64,000 nt of DNA, taken from positions 11,656,001 through 11,720,000 of the forward strand of contig OX597825.1 of assembly GCA_951406725.2 (NCBI GenBank), given 5' to 3'. The position numbers and the translations under genes were made by a program. This document shows positions 27,431-40,530 of this stretch, one piece after another. The notes beneath the pieces were generated by a model. It had not been told where the DNA came from and ran no database searches. It worked only from the letters and a program-made list of their open reading frames with translations. The stretch's first letter is position 1. Every line of letters starts with the position of its first letter. This DNA comes from Octopus vulgaris (taxonomy: Eukaryota).

Positions 27431-28436
27431 GGCGTAAGATACATGGTGATGTCAGCGATTTTGCTGAAATAAAAGCTACAACATTGAATTTATAATTATC
27501 AAAAGAGCCTTTGGTGTCCATGACGAAACTCATTTGGCCCTAAAGCAGTTATATTTGAGAACTGCTAAGCAAGCTCACTTTTGATTTGTAGGCTTTTTTT
27601 TTCAATGTTAAGAAAACATCAAACATTGATCAGTTATTTCATTAACGAACAAGTATTTCAAGCAAGCTCGACCGCTCAAGCTATTTGATCAATCATCAGC
27701 TTTTGTATTATCCCACACAGTATCACTTATTACTGTAATTTATCAATGGAGCCACGGTGTGTGTGGAACATCGATCAATTTTTATCTCCTAACTCTATTT
27801 TATTCATTGTAAAACAACCATTCTACTATCAATCAGTTATATTAATGATTTTTGTCCGGTAGTGCATGGAGCTTTTCACACACTAACTTTCAGTACAGAA
27901 AGCAAGACTATCTTTTCTGTCTATTTTTATATTTCCTTCACGGGTTTTGTTTTTCCTTCTCTTTTGATTTTGCCTATGCCACCTTTTTAAAGTTATCTCT
28001 TTCATCAGCTCGTATAACTTATCATCAGGAACACGTTAATATAAATCTGTGAAAGAACATCATATTGCCATTTATACAAAAAGTCAGTCAGTTGCTTGTG
28101 AAAATAAGGAAGAAAAAAGTAATTGGGTTTCCTTTACAGGAGATGAGGATCAGTTCAAGAATGTTCTAAATGAACGTTTGAAATTGAATCTCAACAGAAA
28201 ATTCTTAAATGTCAGAAGCTTGATCCGACATATTTTAGGAATTTCGGTTCCACTACTCTAACAGTATTGTGTGCTGGAAATGGTAGTACAGCAATTTACA
28301 AATATTTGAAACTTTTGTCAAAGATTGAGGAGCAATAACGAAATAAATGGATTTAGACGTGTCAAAAACAGGTAAGCGTTATGAAGATAACAATAGTCTG
28401 TTGTACTTCAGAATAATAATTAGGAAACGTATTTAG

Positions 28437-28860
28437 AGTAGGAGTGGCTGTGTGGTAAGTAGCTTGCTTACCAACCATATGCTTCCGGGTTCAGTCCCAC
28501 CGCGTGGCATCTTGAGCAAGTGTCTTCTACTATAGCCTCGGGCCAACCAATGCCTTGTGAGTGGATTTGGTTGACGGAAACTGAAAGAAGCCCGTCGTAT
28601 ATATGTATATATATATATATGTGTGTGTGCGTGTATGTTTGTGTGTCTGTGTTTGTACCCCTAGCATTGCTTGACAACCGATGCTGGTGTGTTTACGTTC
28701 CCGTCACTTAGCGGTTCGGCAAAAAGAGACCGATAGAATAAGTACTGGGATTACAAAAAAAAAAAAGAATAAGTCCCGGGGTCGAGTTGCTCGACTAAAG
28801 GCGGTGCTCCACATGGCCGCAGTCAAATGACTGAAACAGGTAAAAGAGTAAAAGAGTAAA
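28437..28860 (+). mobile_element. SINE family B full copy
   Basis: AGGAGTGGCTGTGTGGTAAG head, GGGTTCAGTCCC, CATCTTGAGCAAGT, internal microsatellite and (AAAAGAGT)n tail. Confidence 0.88.
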
Positions 28861-29055
28861 GAGAGAGTAGGATTTGTCGGGTATGATGCAACAGGGATAA
28901 TGAGTGTATCAGTAGACTTCTGTGAGAGAACTTGCAGATTGCTCAGAGATATAGAGATAGTTATACTTGTTGTAGGAAAAGCAGTGGTATTTCAATATTT
29001 CAGTGTTAGGAGAAAATTTGTTGACAGCTGGTTTCTGTGCTCCGAATTCACCTAA

Positions 29056-29432
29056 TATACATTTTCTTCGTAAGTTTCCTGAAGTTTTCCAAACCCTCAA
29101 ATATTGAAATAGCAGGTAATAGTTCCGACAATCGACCCGTATTTTACCCTTTGTAACTTGCATTGTTTTTATTTTTAAAAATATATTTAATAAACACATA
29201 CACAACACACGTATACATACTTATGCACAAAAATTTACGTATCAATACATCTTCTTCGTAAGATTCCTGAAGTTTTCCAAATCCTCAAATATTGAAATAC
29301 CAGGTAATAGTTCTCACGATCGACATGTATTTTACATTTTGTATCTTTCATTGCTTTTATTTTTAAATATATATTTAATAAACACATACACACATATACA
29401 CACGTACATACTTATACGAAAAAACTTACTTA
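29056..29432. repeat. Tandem duplication, period about 188 bp, 2 copies
   Basis: TCTTCGTAAG.TTCCTGAAGTTTTCCAAA.CCTCAAATATTGAAATA.CAGGTAATAGTTC recurs at about 29065 and 29253. Confidence 0.9.
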
Positions 29433-30321
29433 TATTGATTCGTTTGTTTTGCAGTAAATATAGATTATGCACATATAATTGTAAAGTTGTGGAAATGATA
29501 AGATTCGAGTCATTGTAGAAGATTCACGTGTGTTGTCTTTGGTTGAAAAAAATTGGCGTAAACAGGTATGTTATTTTCGATATTTGTGACTTCACATTGC
29601 TTCCATATTTTTAGTAATAAAATCTGAACAAACAGATCGATTATAGAAGCTAAGATTTTAACTGTAAAAACAAGTTATTGTCTGACACCAAGTACGTTTA
29701 TTTTTCGTTTACTTATTATATGAATGTAGCCAAATTTTGCAACCCACTAATAAATTTATTTATTAATTTCGTATTTGCTTGATCAATTGTTGGTAAGATA
29801 TGGTTTCAGATTGTAACAATTTCTTATTGCACGAATACTTAACGTAAAGACTGTATGATATCTTGATATTGTTTTTAATAACATAGGGATGGGAAATATC
29901 TCCACAATATTGCAATGGTTACTCGAGACAGTATTATATACCAGATTTACTCAAAATCTTGATTTCCGTGAATGTTGATCCCTCCAGGTTTTTGCACTGT
30001 TTTTCATAAACACATCATGAAGCTACAATATTGTGGTCTGTTTTGGCTTTTATATTTTAACAGGAAGCAAATCCGAACTTTGTGACTGACATGCACTGTG
30101 CTAAGTTGTTAGACTATTATAGCGTGGGGAATAGCGTAAACTGGTAATTGAACTAGAGTTTCGTTTCACAGCGTATTTTCTTTCAAAATCAAACAACTCC
30201 CATGCTTTCGAAGGTGAATTAATTCTGAAATAGAATCAGGAACGTTGATTTGACATGAGTTCTTTCTCGTGCAATGGTGCTAAAATACTAAAATATTTCC
30301 AATTAATATTTGCATGTCAAC

Positions 30322-31005
30322 AAGGCTGTGAGCTGGCAGAATCTTTAGCACGCATGGCAAATTCCGAGGCCAACAATTTGGGGGAGGTCTAAGTCGATTA
30401 AATCGACCCAAGTGTTCAGCTGATATTTATTTTATCGACCCCGAATGGATGAAAGGCAACGTCGACCTCAGCGGAATTTGAAGTCAGAACATAAAGACAG
30501 ACGAAATACCTATTTCTTTACTACCCACAAGGGGATAAACACAGAAGGGACAAACAAGGACAGACAAACGAATTTACATCGACCCCAGTGCGTAATTGGT
30601 ACTTATTTAATCGACCCCGAAAGTATGAAAAGCAGAGTCGACCTCGACGGAATTTGAACTCAGAACGTAACGGCAGACGAAATGCGCCTGCGCATTTCAC
30701 CCGGCGTGCTAACGTTTCTGCCAGCTCGCCACATTGATATAGTACCAATATTACAAAGACATTTAGTCAAGATAATTCAGTCATTATTAAATTGTTATGT
30801 TAGCTTCAAATTTGGCATAGGGCTAGCAATTTCGGGTGAGAGGTTAAGTCAATTACATTGACCCCCAGTGCACAACTGGTAGTTATTAAGCGACCCAGAG
30901 AGTATGAAAAGTAAAGTCGACGTCGCAAGAATTTGAACTCAGAACGTAAGGTCGGGAGGAATGCAGCTAAGCATTTATTTCGGCGCAGTAATGATTCTTC
31001 CTGCT
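30322..31005 (-). mobile_element. Cluster of SINE family A pieces: + head fragment 30322-30365, - dimer 30375-30731, - copy 30806-31005
   Basis: Matches to family A in both orientations. Confidence 0.8.
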
Positions 31006-31036
31006 CCAAGCTCCTTATTAAATTGTTATCATTGTG

Positions 31037-31318
31037 ATCACCGTGACCGACCAGGCTATCAGATGTTGCTACACATCGCTGGTCACAATGCGCTTCGCAT
31101 TGTTTTAGCCTTCAAATGACACCAGCAGGCCAACAGAAGAAAGAGTGGGAGAAAGCTGTGGCAAAAGAGTAGAGCAGGGATCGCCACCACCCGTTGCCGG
31201 AGCCTCGTGGAGCTTTAGGTGTTTTCGCCCAATAAACACCCACAACGCCCGGTCTGGGAATCGAAACCACGATCCTACAACCGCGAGTCCGCCGCCCTAA
31301 CCACTATGCCATTGCGCC
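31037..31318 (-). mobile_element. SINE family C copy
   Basis: Matches 22951-23245. Confidence 0.85.
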
Positions 31319-32699
31319 TTAATTAAACCTTATCTCTATTTTTGGAAGTCATGTGGGAGAAATATTTTTGACATTTAAAAATAAAATGCTTCTCTTGTAA
31401 AAGCTACGATTCCTTTACTTAACTGGTTTCTAATGTCGCATTCTAGCTTCAAATGAAAGGACACTTTTACTTAAACTGTTTTGAAGTTGCTTTGTTTTAT
31501 TTCTACTCAAATTACGAACGTTGTAAGAAATGAAAGCCATTGTAAGTTGACTCTTTATCGTCTAACAACCCAGCAGAGCAAGAATAAAAAGCAAAGTTCA
31601 ATAAATGCTAACACAATTGTCTACCTTTGCTGTTATTCATCCGTTTACTTGACTATACGCCATAGGTGTGAAAATAAACGACTTCCTATTTCTCAGTGAA
31701 AGCAAACATCTTTTGTTATTGGAAGAATTAGTCGAAAGCTTATTTCCTTGTTTTGGTAAATGTTCCAACACGGACGTTAGAAGAGTAGATCTTGATTTCA
31801 ATATATAAATATACATTTGATCGGAAAATCCGCTGAGGTCTTTGAATAGAATTTGCTTCAGGGTTGAAGTGTAATATCATCACACCGTTTTCAATTGATT
31901 TCCGAACTCAAAGACTTCCTTATCTTAATACAAATATAACAAAGCATAGAAGCATGGTTTAATAAATTGTGTTATATTTATAGAGCGAATATCAAGAATG
32001 ACAGATGGATCAAATGCAGATAATTGATCGCTTTGATTTGTTTAGTTTGATCATTTATCTACTCTGTTGATACGTTTTGCTTTCAACTTTTTAAAGTTCT
32101 TAACTGCGCGTAATTTCCTCTCCTTTTTGCAAACAAATCATAAACTTTCATTATCTCAATTGTTTATAATTTGTGTACTCGGAACATCAGGAAATAATCA
32201 TTTGCTTTATCTTAAGCGGCAGAGGCAGTAATAAAATTACAAACATATGTCTAGTTTAGTCAAAACCTATACAGTACTGACCCACTTAAAATTGGTCTGC
32301 TTCTCACTTCTGTACTGTTGATTGCTACGTCTTTATATGCAGGCTATTTTTAATAGAGATCGACAAACAAATCAATTCTGATTATTCCATCTTACACAAG
32401 CAAACATCCGACAGAATAGATTAATATTTAACTGAAGTAACTTTGTGTACGATCTTTATGTTCGTTAAACTAAGTGTACAAATGACTTGTGAATATATTG
32501 ATGTATACTAGTCACAGTCACAGGTAGATAGATCATCATCAATTTTATATTACGGAGGCGAATACAAGTACTTGGATCCGATAATAAAACCTATATGGAT
32601 TGTTAACATTTGGTCGTCACGAGACTGTAGTACAAGACGCCCAAATGTCACGCAGAGACATGTGGTTGGAAAGCAAGCTTCTTACCACACACTTAAGTT

Positions 32700-32783
<84 letters not shown>

Positions 32784-32907
32784 TGTGTGTGTGTATATAT
32801 ATCTATATGTATATATATATATATGTATGTATGTATATATATATCTATATACATATAAATATATGTATATGTATGTATGTGTGTATATATATATATGCAT
32901 ATGTATG

Positions 32908-32938
<31 letters not shown>

Positions 32939-33024
32939 GTATATATACATACAGCATATATATATATATTGTGTGTGTATGTGTGTGTGTGTGGTGTTGG
33001 TGGGGGTAGATGATGCTCATTAGC

Positions 33025-33207
33025 CGTGGTGAAGGCAACTCTTTTAGGAGAGGAACACTGACATAAAACCAGGTCATGGAAATGACAGCCCTTGGGCTGG
33101 CTGCAATCTCAAAGCCATGAATGTTGATGGGGGCAGACTGAGTTCCTGTTTTGAAACGAAACGGTGAGTAGGACAACCAGTATAGGAGAATAAAGCTCTG
33201 AATTCAT
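33025..33207 (+). mobile_element. Probable RTE-clade 5' UTR relic
   Basis: Two copies of a CAACCAGT.TAGGAGAA...CTCTGAATTCA-like motif that I recall from RTE 5' regions; unverified. Confidence 0.35.
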
Positions 33208-34254
33208 ATATATATATATGTTCGTGTGTCTCTATACGTGCATAAATGTTTCTATGCCAATCTGGATACAACAATATATGTACATTTACAAACAAAAAGG
33301 CGTGATTTACTGAGTACACAAAGCCATCAGCCAAACTTACAAAACTGTTTCAAGCTAATTACCATTTCCATATAAGAAAATTAATTATAACCATACAACA
33401 AAATCTGTTTTTTTTCTACATAAATCTGGCTTCTCTTTTGAAATTATTTTGTGGTGAAAGAATATTTGAAATTAATTATTAATATTTTCATTGATGGAAA
33501 ATCTCTAAAGAACTATAATTTTCTCTCAATATAATTGTATTCGAGATCAGTCTTCGTCTATAGTCATTACTTACATTCTATTCAAGTCACCGTGTAAAAA
33601 AAACAAAACAAACAAACACACATATGCACATATAAATATATACAAAAACATATACAGGCAAGAACTTGTGCACGCATATACTATTCATTGGTGTATTTAC
33701 TGTTAAAATATCATTAACGATTGATTCATATTTTCGCACAAATCCTTTGTCAATGATGTTTTCGAAAATATAAACAATTATAAAGTGTTATTCTCGGAGT
33801 TGACATGTCCAAAAGAAGCCATGTCTGGCCACTCAGAATAGAGAACTGAAAGAAAAGTCTGACAGTGTATACAATAAAATATTTAATACATAATCTTTAG
33901 TCCAACAAAATATAAGAAGGCATTTCAACCATGTTTCGTGGTCTGCCACTACAACAGCTCCTTTTTTGGATACAGTTAGCTCAAGACATCATCAGGAGGA
34001 ACCACGTCCGGTTTCGGCCCTTACTCCTCTACCGTTTTGACGCGGCGGGGCCCTCCCTTTCGGAGGTGTCTTCAGCTCTGGTGTTGGGTGCATGTCTTCT
34101 TTCTTCTGTTCTCTCATAGGTGAAACAAAATATATTTTGTCGGACTAACCATTACGGATTATATATTTTATTTTATTCATTTATAAAATCTCGATTCTTT
34201 CACGAAACCACTTACTCGCAAGTTAAATTATATTTGACTATATAACTCTTAGTT

Positions 34255-34975
34255 GTACTTATTTAAGTCATTACATGGCACCTATGCTAGAGCACCGCTT
34301 TGGAGGATTTTAGTCGAAAAAATCGACTCCAAAACATCTTTTTAAGCCTGGTGTTTATTCTATCTGGTAATTTAATCATCTCCGAAAGCATGAAAGGCAA
34401 AGTCAATCTCGGTAGGATTTGAACTCAGAATTTAAGGACGTGCAAAATGCCGCTAGACACTTTGAGCGGCATGCTAACGACTCTATTATCAATAATGAAG
34501 GCGGCGAGCTGGCAGAAACGTTGGCACGTCGGGCGAAATGCTTGGCAGTAATTCGTCTGCCGCTAGGTTCTGAGTTCAAATTCCGCCGAGGTCGACTTTG
34601 CCTTTCATCCTTTCGGGGTCGATTAAATAATTACCACTTAGGCACTGGGGTCGATGTAATCGACTTAATCCGTTTATCTGTCCTTGTTTGTCCTCTCTGT
34701 GTTTAACCCCTTGTGGGTAGTAAAGAAATAGAAATAGGCATTTCGTCAGCCGTTACGTTCTGAGTTCAAATTCCGCCGAGGGCGACTTTGCTTTTCATCC
34801 TTTCGGGGTTGCTAAATTAAGTACCTGTTGCGTACTGGTGTTGAACTAATCGACTGGCTCCCTACACCAAAAAGGAGGAAAGTTAAAGTCGACGTCGGTG
34901 TAGTTTGAATTCAGAGCGTAAAAACGGACGAAATGCCGCTGAGCACTTTGTCCGGTATGGTAACGAATCTGCCAT
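34255..34975. mobile_element. SINE cluster: family B tail (-), family A partial (-), family A dimer 34500-34870 (+), family A partial (-)
   Basis: Direct matches to the other copies in the window. Confidence 0.8.
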
Positions 34976-35856
34976 CAATGTTTCATATTGTAATAGGTAA
35001 TAACATTTCAAACAAGATTGGTTTGAAATAAAAACTTTTCGATGGAATAAAAATATATTATTTGCCAATATAACTGCTTTCTCCTTCTCTTCTTCAAGTG
35101 AAGATTAATATTATAAATTTAATTTTAGTTTAGAAACTTCCAAAGTAATATCTGTAACAATCATTTATAACTTCATTAGTTGGTAATCGTAATTTTCTTT
35201 ATAGACACAGTTTCAATAGCAATTTTCCATTTTCTGAAGCTGTTTCGTGTGATTTGAACCTCTGTTTATTATTGGAAAATAACAGGTATTTTGTCCAATT
35301 TCCAGCGATACACACTTAGGTAAATAGGTAAATATTTTGAATCTATTCTCCAATACGGTAACGAAATCAAAGACATATTATTTCAGTTTGATTGTTGAAT
35401 AATAAAGCTTATGATTTATTCTGTCTGATTTAAATGTTAATCAAACGGATAAAACTAATAAAATGCGGTATATTCTAAAGAAAATATACCCCATTGTGTT
35501 AAAAGCAATCATGATAAAGATAATTTAATCTAAATTAGGAGAATATTAAAGCAGGAATTAGTATTTTACCTGATCTATTTTAAGTCAAAATTATCACCTG
35601 TATGAAACGGTTAACAATTCTAACCTATGAAGAATATTCAAATGCGAAATATTTTCTTAAATTTCAGAAAATTTTAGAATATCTGATGGAAAAAAAGTGA
35701 AACCATTATATAAAAAAATGTTATCAAAAATTTTCGGATATTAATAATTGATATAATCATAAAAATACAATAATAGATTGTTGATAAGGCAAAGTATAGG
35801 AAGACAATTTGGAGCAGAATGTTGCTATATACAAGATTTTTATGTTTCTAGAAAAA

Positions 35857-36302
35857 TACGAGTGGAAGTCAAAAATTATCTGCACTTTCGCCATAATGTA
35901 TCTTTATTATCACACACCGCCTTCTGCGTGTGCGTGATTATAGTTGGTTCTGTTGTGGTCACGTGATCGGAGTTTGAGCCTGATAGCGCCATTTTTCTTC
36001 CTTGTTTTACTGTGTAAGTGTGGCAGCTCCACTAGCAGTGTGTATGAAAGAAGAACGAAAAGTAGTGATCCGATTTCTCTGGTGGAAAGGTCTGTCAGGT
36101 GCTGTAATTCATCAGATGCTTTTAGCGCACTACGGGGACACTACACTACCGCGTAGAAGTGTGTATCAGTAGATCGAGAAGTTTAAATGTGGCTGCAAAA
36201 TGCGTGATGCACAAAGAAGGAGCAGGTGACCCGTCAATTTCCACCACTGACGAGAAGATTCAGCAAGCTCAAGAGATGACAATGGTGAACCGGTTCACTA
36301 TT
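35857..36302 (+). mobile_element. Mariner transposon 5' relic (left TIR plus transposase N-terminal HTH pseudogene)
   Basis: TIR-like TACGAGTGGAAGTCAAAAATTATC. From 36020 it reads AAPLAVCMKEERKVVIRFLWWKGLSGAVIHQMLLAHYGDTTLPRRSVYQ*IEKFKCG / EGAGDPSISTTDEKIQ, the mariner N-terminus with the GRP-like motif. Confidence 0.85.
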
Positions 36303-36591
36303 ACCATCTCTCGGATCACTGCTCTTTGTTCTTCTTTGGTGCACATTGCTAGTGGAGCGGCCATGCAAAATCAACTAACACATCGTATCATTAGACATTT
36401 CAGTGATGAGCGGTTACAGTGACCTGTGGTAGAAAATAATGGTTACGTAAAAACTATGGGATGGAACAGAAAGCCAATTCAAAATATAACTAATTTTTTT
36501 TTAAAGGACAAAATAGTAATAAACCGGCTCAACTTATACGAACAAATTTTAGATGAAACTTGTCACCAAGAAAGATTGTTTGTTGCTTGTT

Positions 36592-36866
36592 CCTTCTTGA
36601 CCCACGCCTGGCTCATTAGGGCCGGTTTCCCAGTTTCCTTGGCGTATAGTTTCCTTGTCGCAAGTGAGCTGCAAGATGCAGGAGGAAAGACTGAGATGAA
36701 GTTGTGGCAAAAGAGTCAGCAGAAGTTTCGCCATTACCTTCTGCCGAAGCCGCGTGGAGCTTAGGTGTTTCGCTCATAAACACACACACCGTCCGGTCTG
36801 ATATTCGAACCCGCGATCCCTCGACCGCGAGTGCGCTGCTCTAACCACTAGGCCATGTGCCTCCAC
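36592..36866 (-). mobile_element. SINE family C copy
   Basis: Head GTGGAGGCACATGGCCTAGTGGTTAGAGCAGCG...GGGTTCGAAT. Confidence 0.85.
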
Positions 36867-37130
36867 CACCAAGAAAGATAGTCGACGTATAATCCAAAAT
36901 ATTTTTTCGAAGAGATGCATGATAAATATAAGTAAGCAATGTATTTTTATAAAATAAAATGTTTGCACCCATAACTGTTTGTGCTTAGTATAAATTAAAG
37001 TGTCATTAAGTTGTCCATTTGCGATATTCATTAATACAGAAAGTGATCACCCAAGGAAAAAATAATATAAGCAAATGAAAATTTGAGTTGTTAATATATG
37101 TCAGTTATTAATTAATGCAGCTGTTAATTG

Positions 37131-37343
37131 CGAGGGGTGTTGAAAATGTCCTGGCTTAGGGTAAAAGAAAATACAAATATAGTTAATTGTGCTGTTATCG
37201 AGCATATTCTCCTCTCAGATTCACACTCTTCTTGCAGAAGTCTTTCAGTTTTTCTAAGCCCTGTAAAAGCACTCGAACGTTTGGGCTACCAACCAGACCT
37301 TTTGTGATACCTTAAACCCACGAACTTTTCGGCACCTCTCGTA
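37131..37343 (-). mobile_element. Mariner-type MITE
   Basis: Imperfect TIRs CGAGGGGTGTTGAAAA...AACTTTTCGGCACCTCTCG followed by TA. Inverse match to 50523-50745. Confidence 0.75.
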
Positions 37344-40229
37344 ATAGTAAAGCTAAAGGATGTAAATTTAAGAATTCTATACTTTGTTTGAGTCGGTGTT
37401 TTGTTTGATTTTTCTCATATTTTATAAACATATTAGGTTGTTCCTACCAGATATGTAAATCTCTATGTTATTATATGCTGTAATCTCAAATTAAACTACG
37501 TTAAACTTACAAATTACAATTTTCTCAAGAAAGCAAAGACAAAAAAAATGTTTTATTTTAACACATTCTACCAGTATACGAAGTTTAAAAGTGTTTAGTT
37601 AACTAGAAATTGTGTTGAAATCTGCTGTTCAGGAGGAAAAGATCTTAGATCCCATTTGGAAATATAGCAGAACTATCTAAAAATGCGAGAGAGAGACATT
37701 AACGTATTATAAACTGGCAATGGTTATATATATATATTTTGGGGCTTTCGTTGTTATTTCATTTATATTAATACATTTAACGCTACGACTAACTGCAATG
37801 GTAGTGAGGAAGAAAACGACTAGCTATATTGTTTTGCAACAGATACAGCATTATACTGTTTTTTTCTTAATAAAATAAATATAGTTGTTAGTTTGTAGCA
37901 GCAAGGAACGGAATTCTATTTGGAAAATTGTTCCGTAGTACTGGTGCAATTCAAAAGTCTGTTTATACTGTTAGAATTTACTTCTGCTTGGAATTTTCTA
38001 AATTGAACGGTTCTGCTGCTTTATTATGGAGATTGACTTTCTCTCGAAAATTATGTAACATATGCAATTGAAAGATAAAGATTATATCGATTGGTCAGTC
38101 TTCATGAATTTACATGAATGTAGTTAGTCTATGAAGTATATGATGCAGATGAGAAAGTAATGAAATTTAAGTTTTGATCAACTTGATAATATATATTTGC
38201 ATGTGTATGTGGATATTTACTTTATTTTACAAAGAACGAGAGGCTACGCTGCATGGTAATGTGAGAGAAGTTAAGATTTAGATTCCTGCACACGTCATGT
38301 TTCCAACCATCAAACATTCTACATCAGTAGATATATTGATGTCATGTTCCTGCATGTATTTGTCAATAACATAGACTTTATCTTCACCAATGAGTTACTT
38401 TTACCAAGTTTCTTCAAAAGAGTTATTATTATAGGGGCTGAAAGTTAGCAATAGAGCAATACATTAAACAGATGTAAAGCAAACTGGTTGTGGAATCTCC
38501 GTCGGTGTCGACGATGAGCATTCGATTGTTTGACCATTTGAATTCCTAGTTGTAAAATCGTCTTTTTCACTTACTTCTAGAAATGACACGAGAACTATCT
38601 GATGTGGTAGCTTCGCAGATCTTCCTCATCATCCTTTATCCCTAAAGCAAAATAACCTTTACCTCCACCCGTATTAAATGTACTCCTAACTCATTTAAAT
38701 ATCAGTTACAACGGATAGCGATGATTCTCCCCCGCTTTTCTTCTCTACCCTCTAATATTTCTATTAGCATACCATCATTCCCTGGGAGTTTATCTCTCTT
38801 CATCAGCTTTAAAGGATGCTCGATTTCATTAAGCAAAATAAATGAACCCCTTCCAAATCATGTGATTGTAGAGCATCAGGCGTTCGTGATAATTTAAAAA
38901 CTTTGCTGTAAATTGTTTCGCAGATTTCTTCCACCTCCATCTTCTTCGTCACACTTAAACCTTCCTTTGATCCTGAGCCTCGTCATATAGATTTATGTAA
39001 TGCCATCTTTCTACTACATCTCTTTAGACTCATTCTCTCTTCTGGGACCCACAGCATCATTTTCAGTCGATAGTTCTCGACGTGTCTTTCTAGATGATGT
39101 CTTATCACTTTGTTGACAACGGAATACTTCGAGTGAATTTCTGTTTCCTCCGAAATCCGCTCGTTCTTCCCCTGAAAGTTTTCAATTCTCACTTCTCACA
39201 TGCAACTTCATATTTTCTGAATCTGTGATTCACAACCTTTATCAGTTTTTATAACTCATTTCTATTATCCATTTGCAACTGCGACACATCTAAGACCTGG
39301 GTTCTTCATCAAGATGTGCTGACTTTTTTTCTCTAATCACGTCGATGAAAATGTATCAACATTTCTACTCATTAAAAATATATGTAAATAATTTAGCGAA
39401 CATATATTGTCATTAATTTTTGTAAAGTGTTAGAGCATTCATGTTTTCTACAATCACTAAGGATTCTATATAATAGACCTTTATTTTATAACAATTCATC
39501 AATACATTTATCTTCTTTACGCGTGGCAGTTGTGTCGTATTCTAGTCTACTTAAAGTAGTAGAGTGGAGTTAGTTATTTTTTTATTTTTGACTTCGTATC
39601 CTCAATTCCGTGGCTTCCATTTTATTATATCGCAAAATTCATTGTTTAAAAGAGCATTTTTCTGTATTTCTACCTGTTAATTTACTCCTTGAACTCTTAT
39701 CAGTTTTTGTTTGTTTTTCTTTCCATATATTAGATGTTGATTTTTTACCCAAGTTTATATCATGTAATTAAATTTGTCACTAATTATTGTCATTATAAAT
39801 AAAGTTATAATAGAAATCAATACAATAACACTCAAAAATGTTTCATTGCAATTTTCTGAACAAAGGGCATTGTCACTTTTTCACAGGTTTTTTCTCTTGT
39901 ATTGTTAGCCGAGTAGCTTCTAGATAATTATATGGAAAATTCAATGTCCAAATGAGTATCTTAGAGTCGTTATATCAATGAAATATTTCTAATACTGCAT
40001 TTATTATTTTTATTAGGCAGTTAGTTATGAGACTAATTTCATTCATTGTGATGCCATGTATACATCATAAGTGGAAGTGTGATTAACACCGAATTTCTGT
40101 TATTATAAGAGAGCAGATTTTACCAATACTGGAAAATGATTCTAATTATATTGTTCTTCAGACATGACCAAAAGCGGTAGAATGTTCAATTACTTTTCAC
40201 ACTGGGATGCTCTCACATATTCTGTACTA

Positions 40230-40530
40230 CGTTTTACTCTCATCCCCGCTCCTTGTCCCATTATATGCGTTGGTGACGCCCATCTCCAAAATAGCCCCAA
40301 CTATTTGCCCCGTCAGCAGGTTCATCAATGGTCGCCCTGGTTCCGTCAATGAATAGTACACAACTCATGTCTGACGTCATGTACTTTTGGACCCATTAAA
40401 GCCTCAAACTCTTGTGAGCAGGCAGATTCAGGGGTTCCCGCATGGAAGCTATTGTCCCGAGGATGCGATTTCTGTAGAAGTCCGGTGGTTTTGCTTTTTG
40501 TCCAGGTTCCACACGTAACTTGCGGCAAAT
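40230..40530 (-). mobile_element. Tc1-like transposase pseudogene fragment
   Basis: Minus strand reads PLNLPAHKSLRL*WVQKYMTSDMSCVLFIDGTRATIDEPADGANSWG, matching Tc1 HK..RL.WA..YM....VLFTDE.RATLDGPDGW around the first catalytic Asp. Confidence 0.75.

Noticed and set aside
38880-39200. Possible decayed LINE C-terminus on the minus strand (HVENYRLKMMLWVPEE)
   Set aside because: Similarity is too weak to call without a search.
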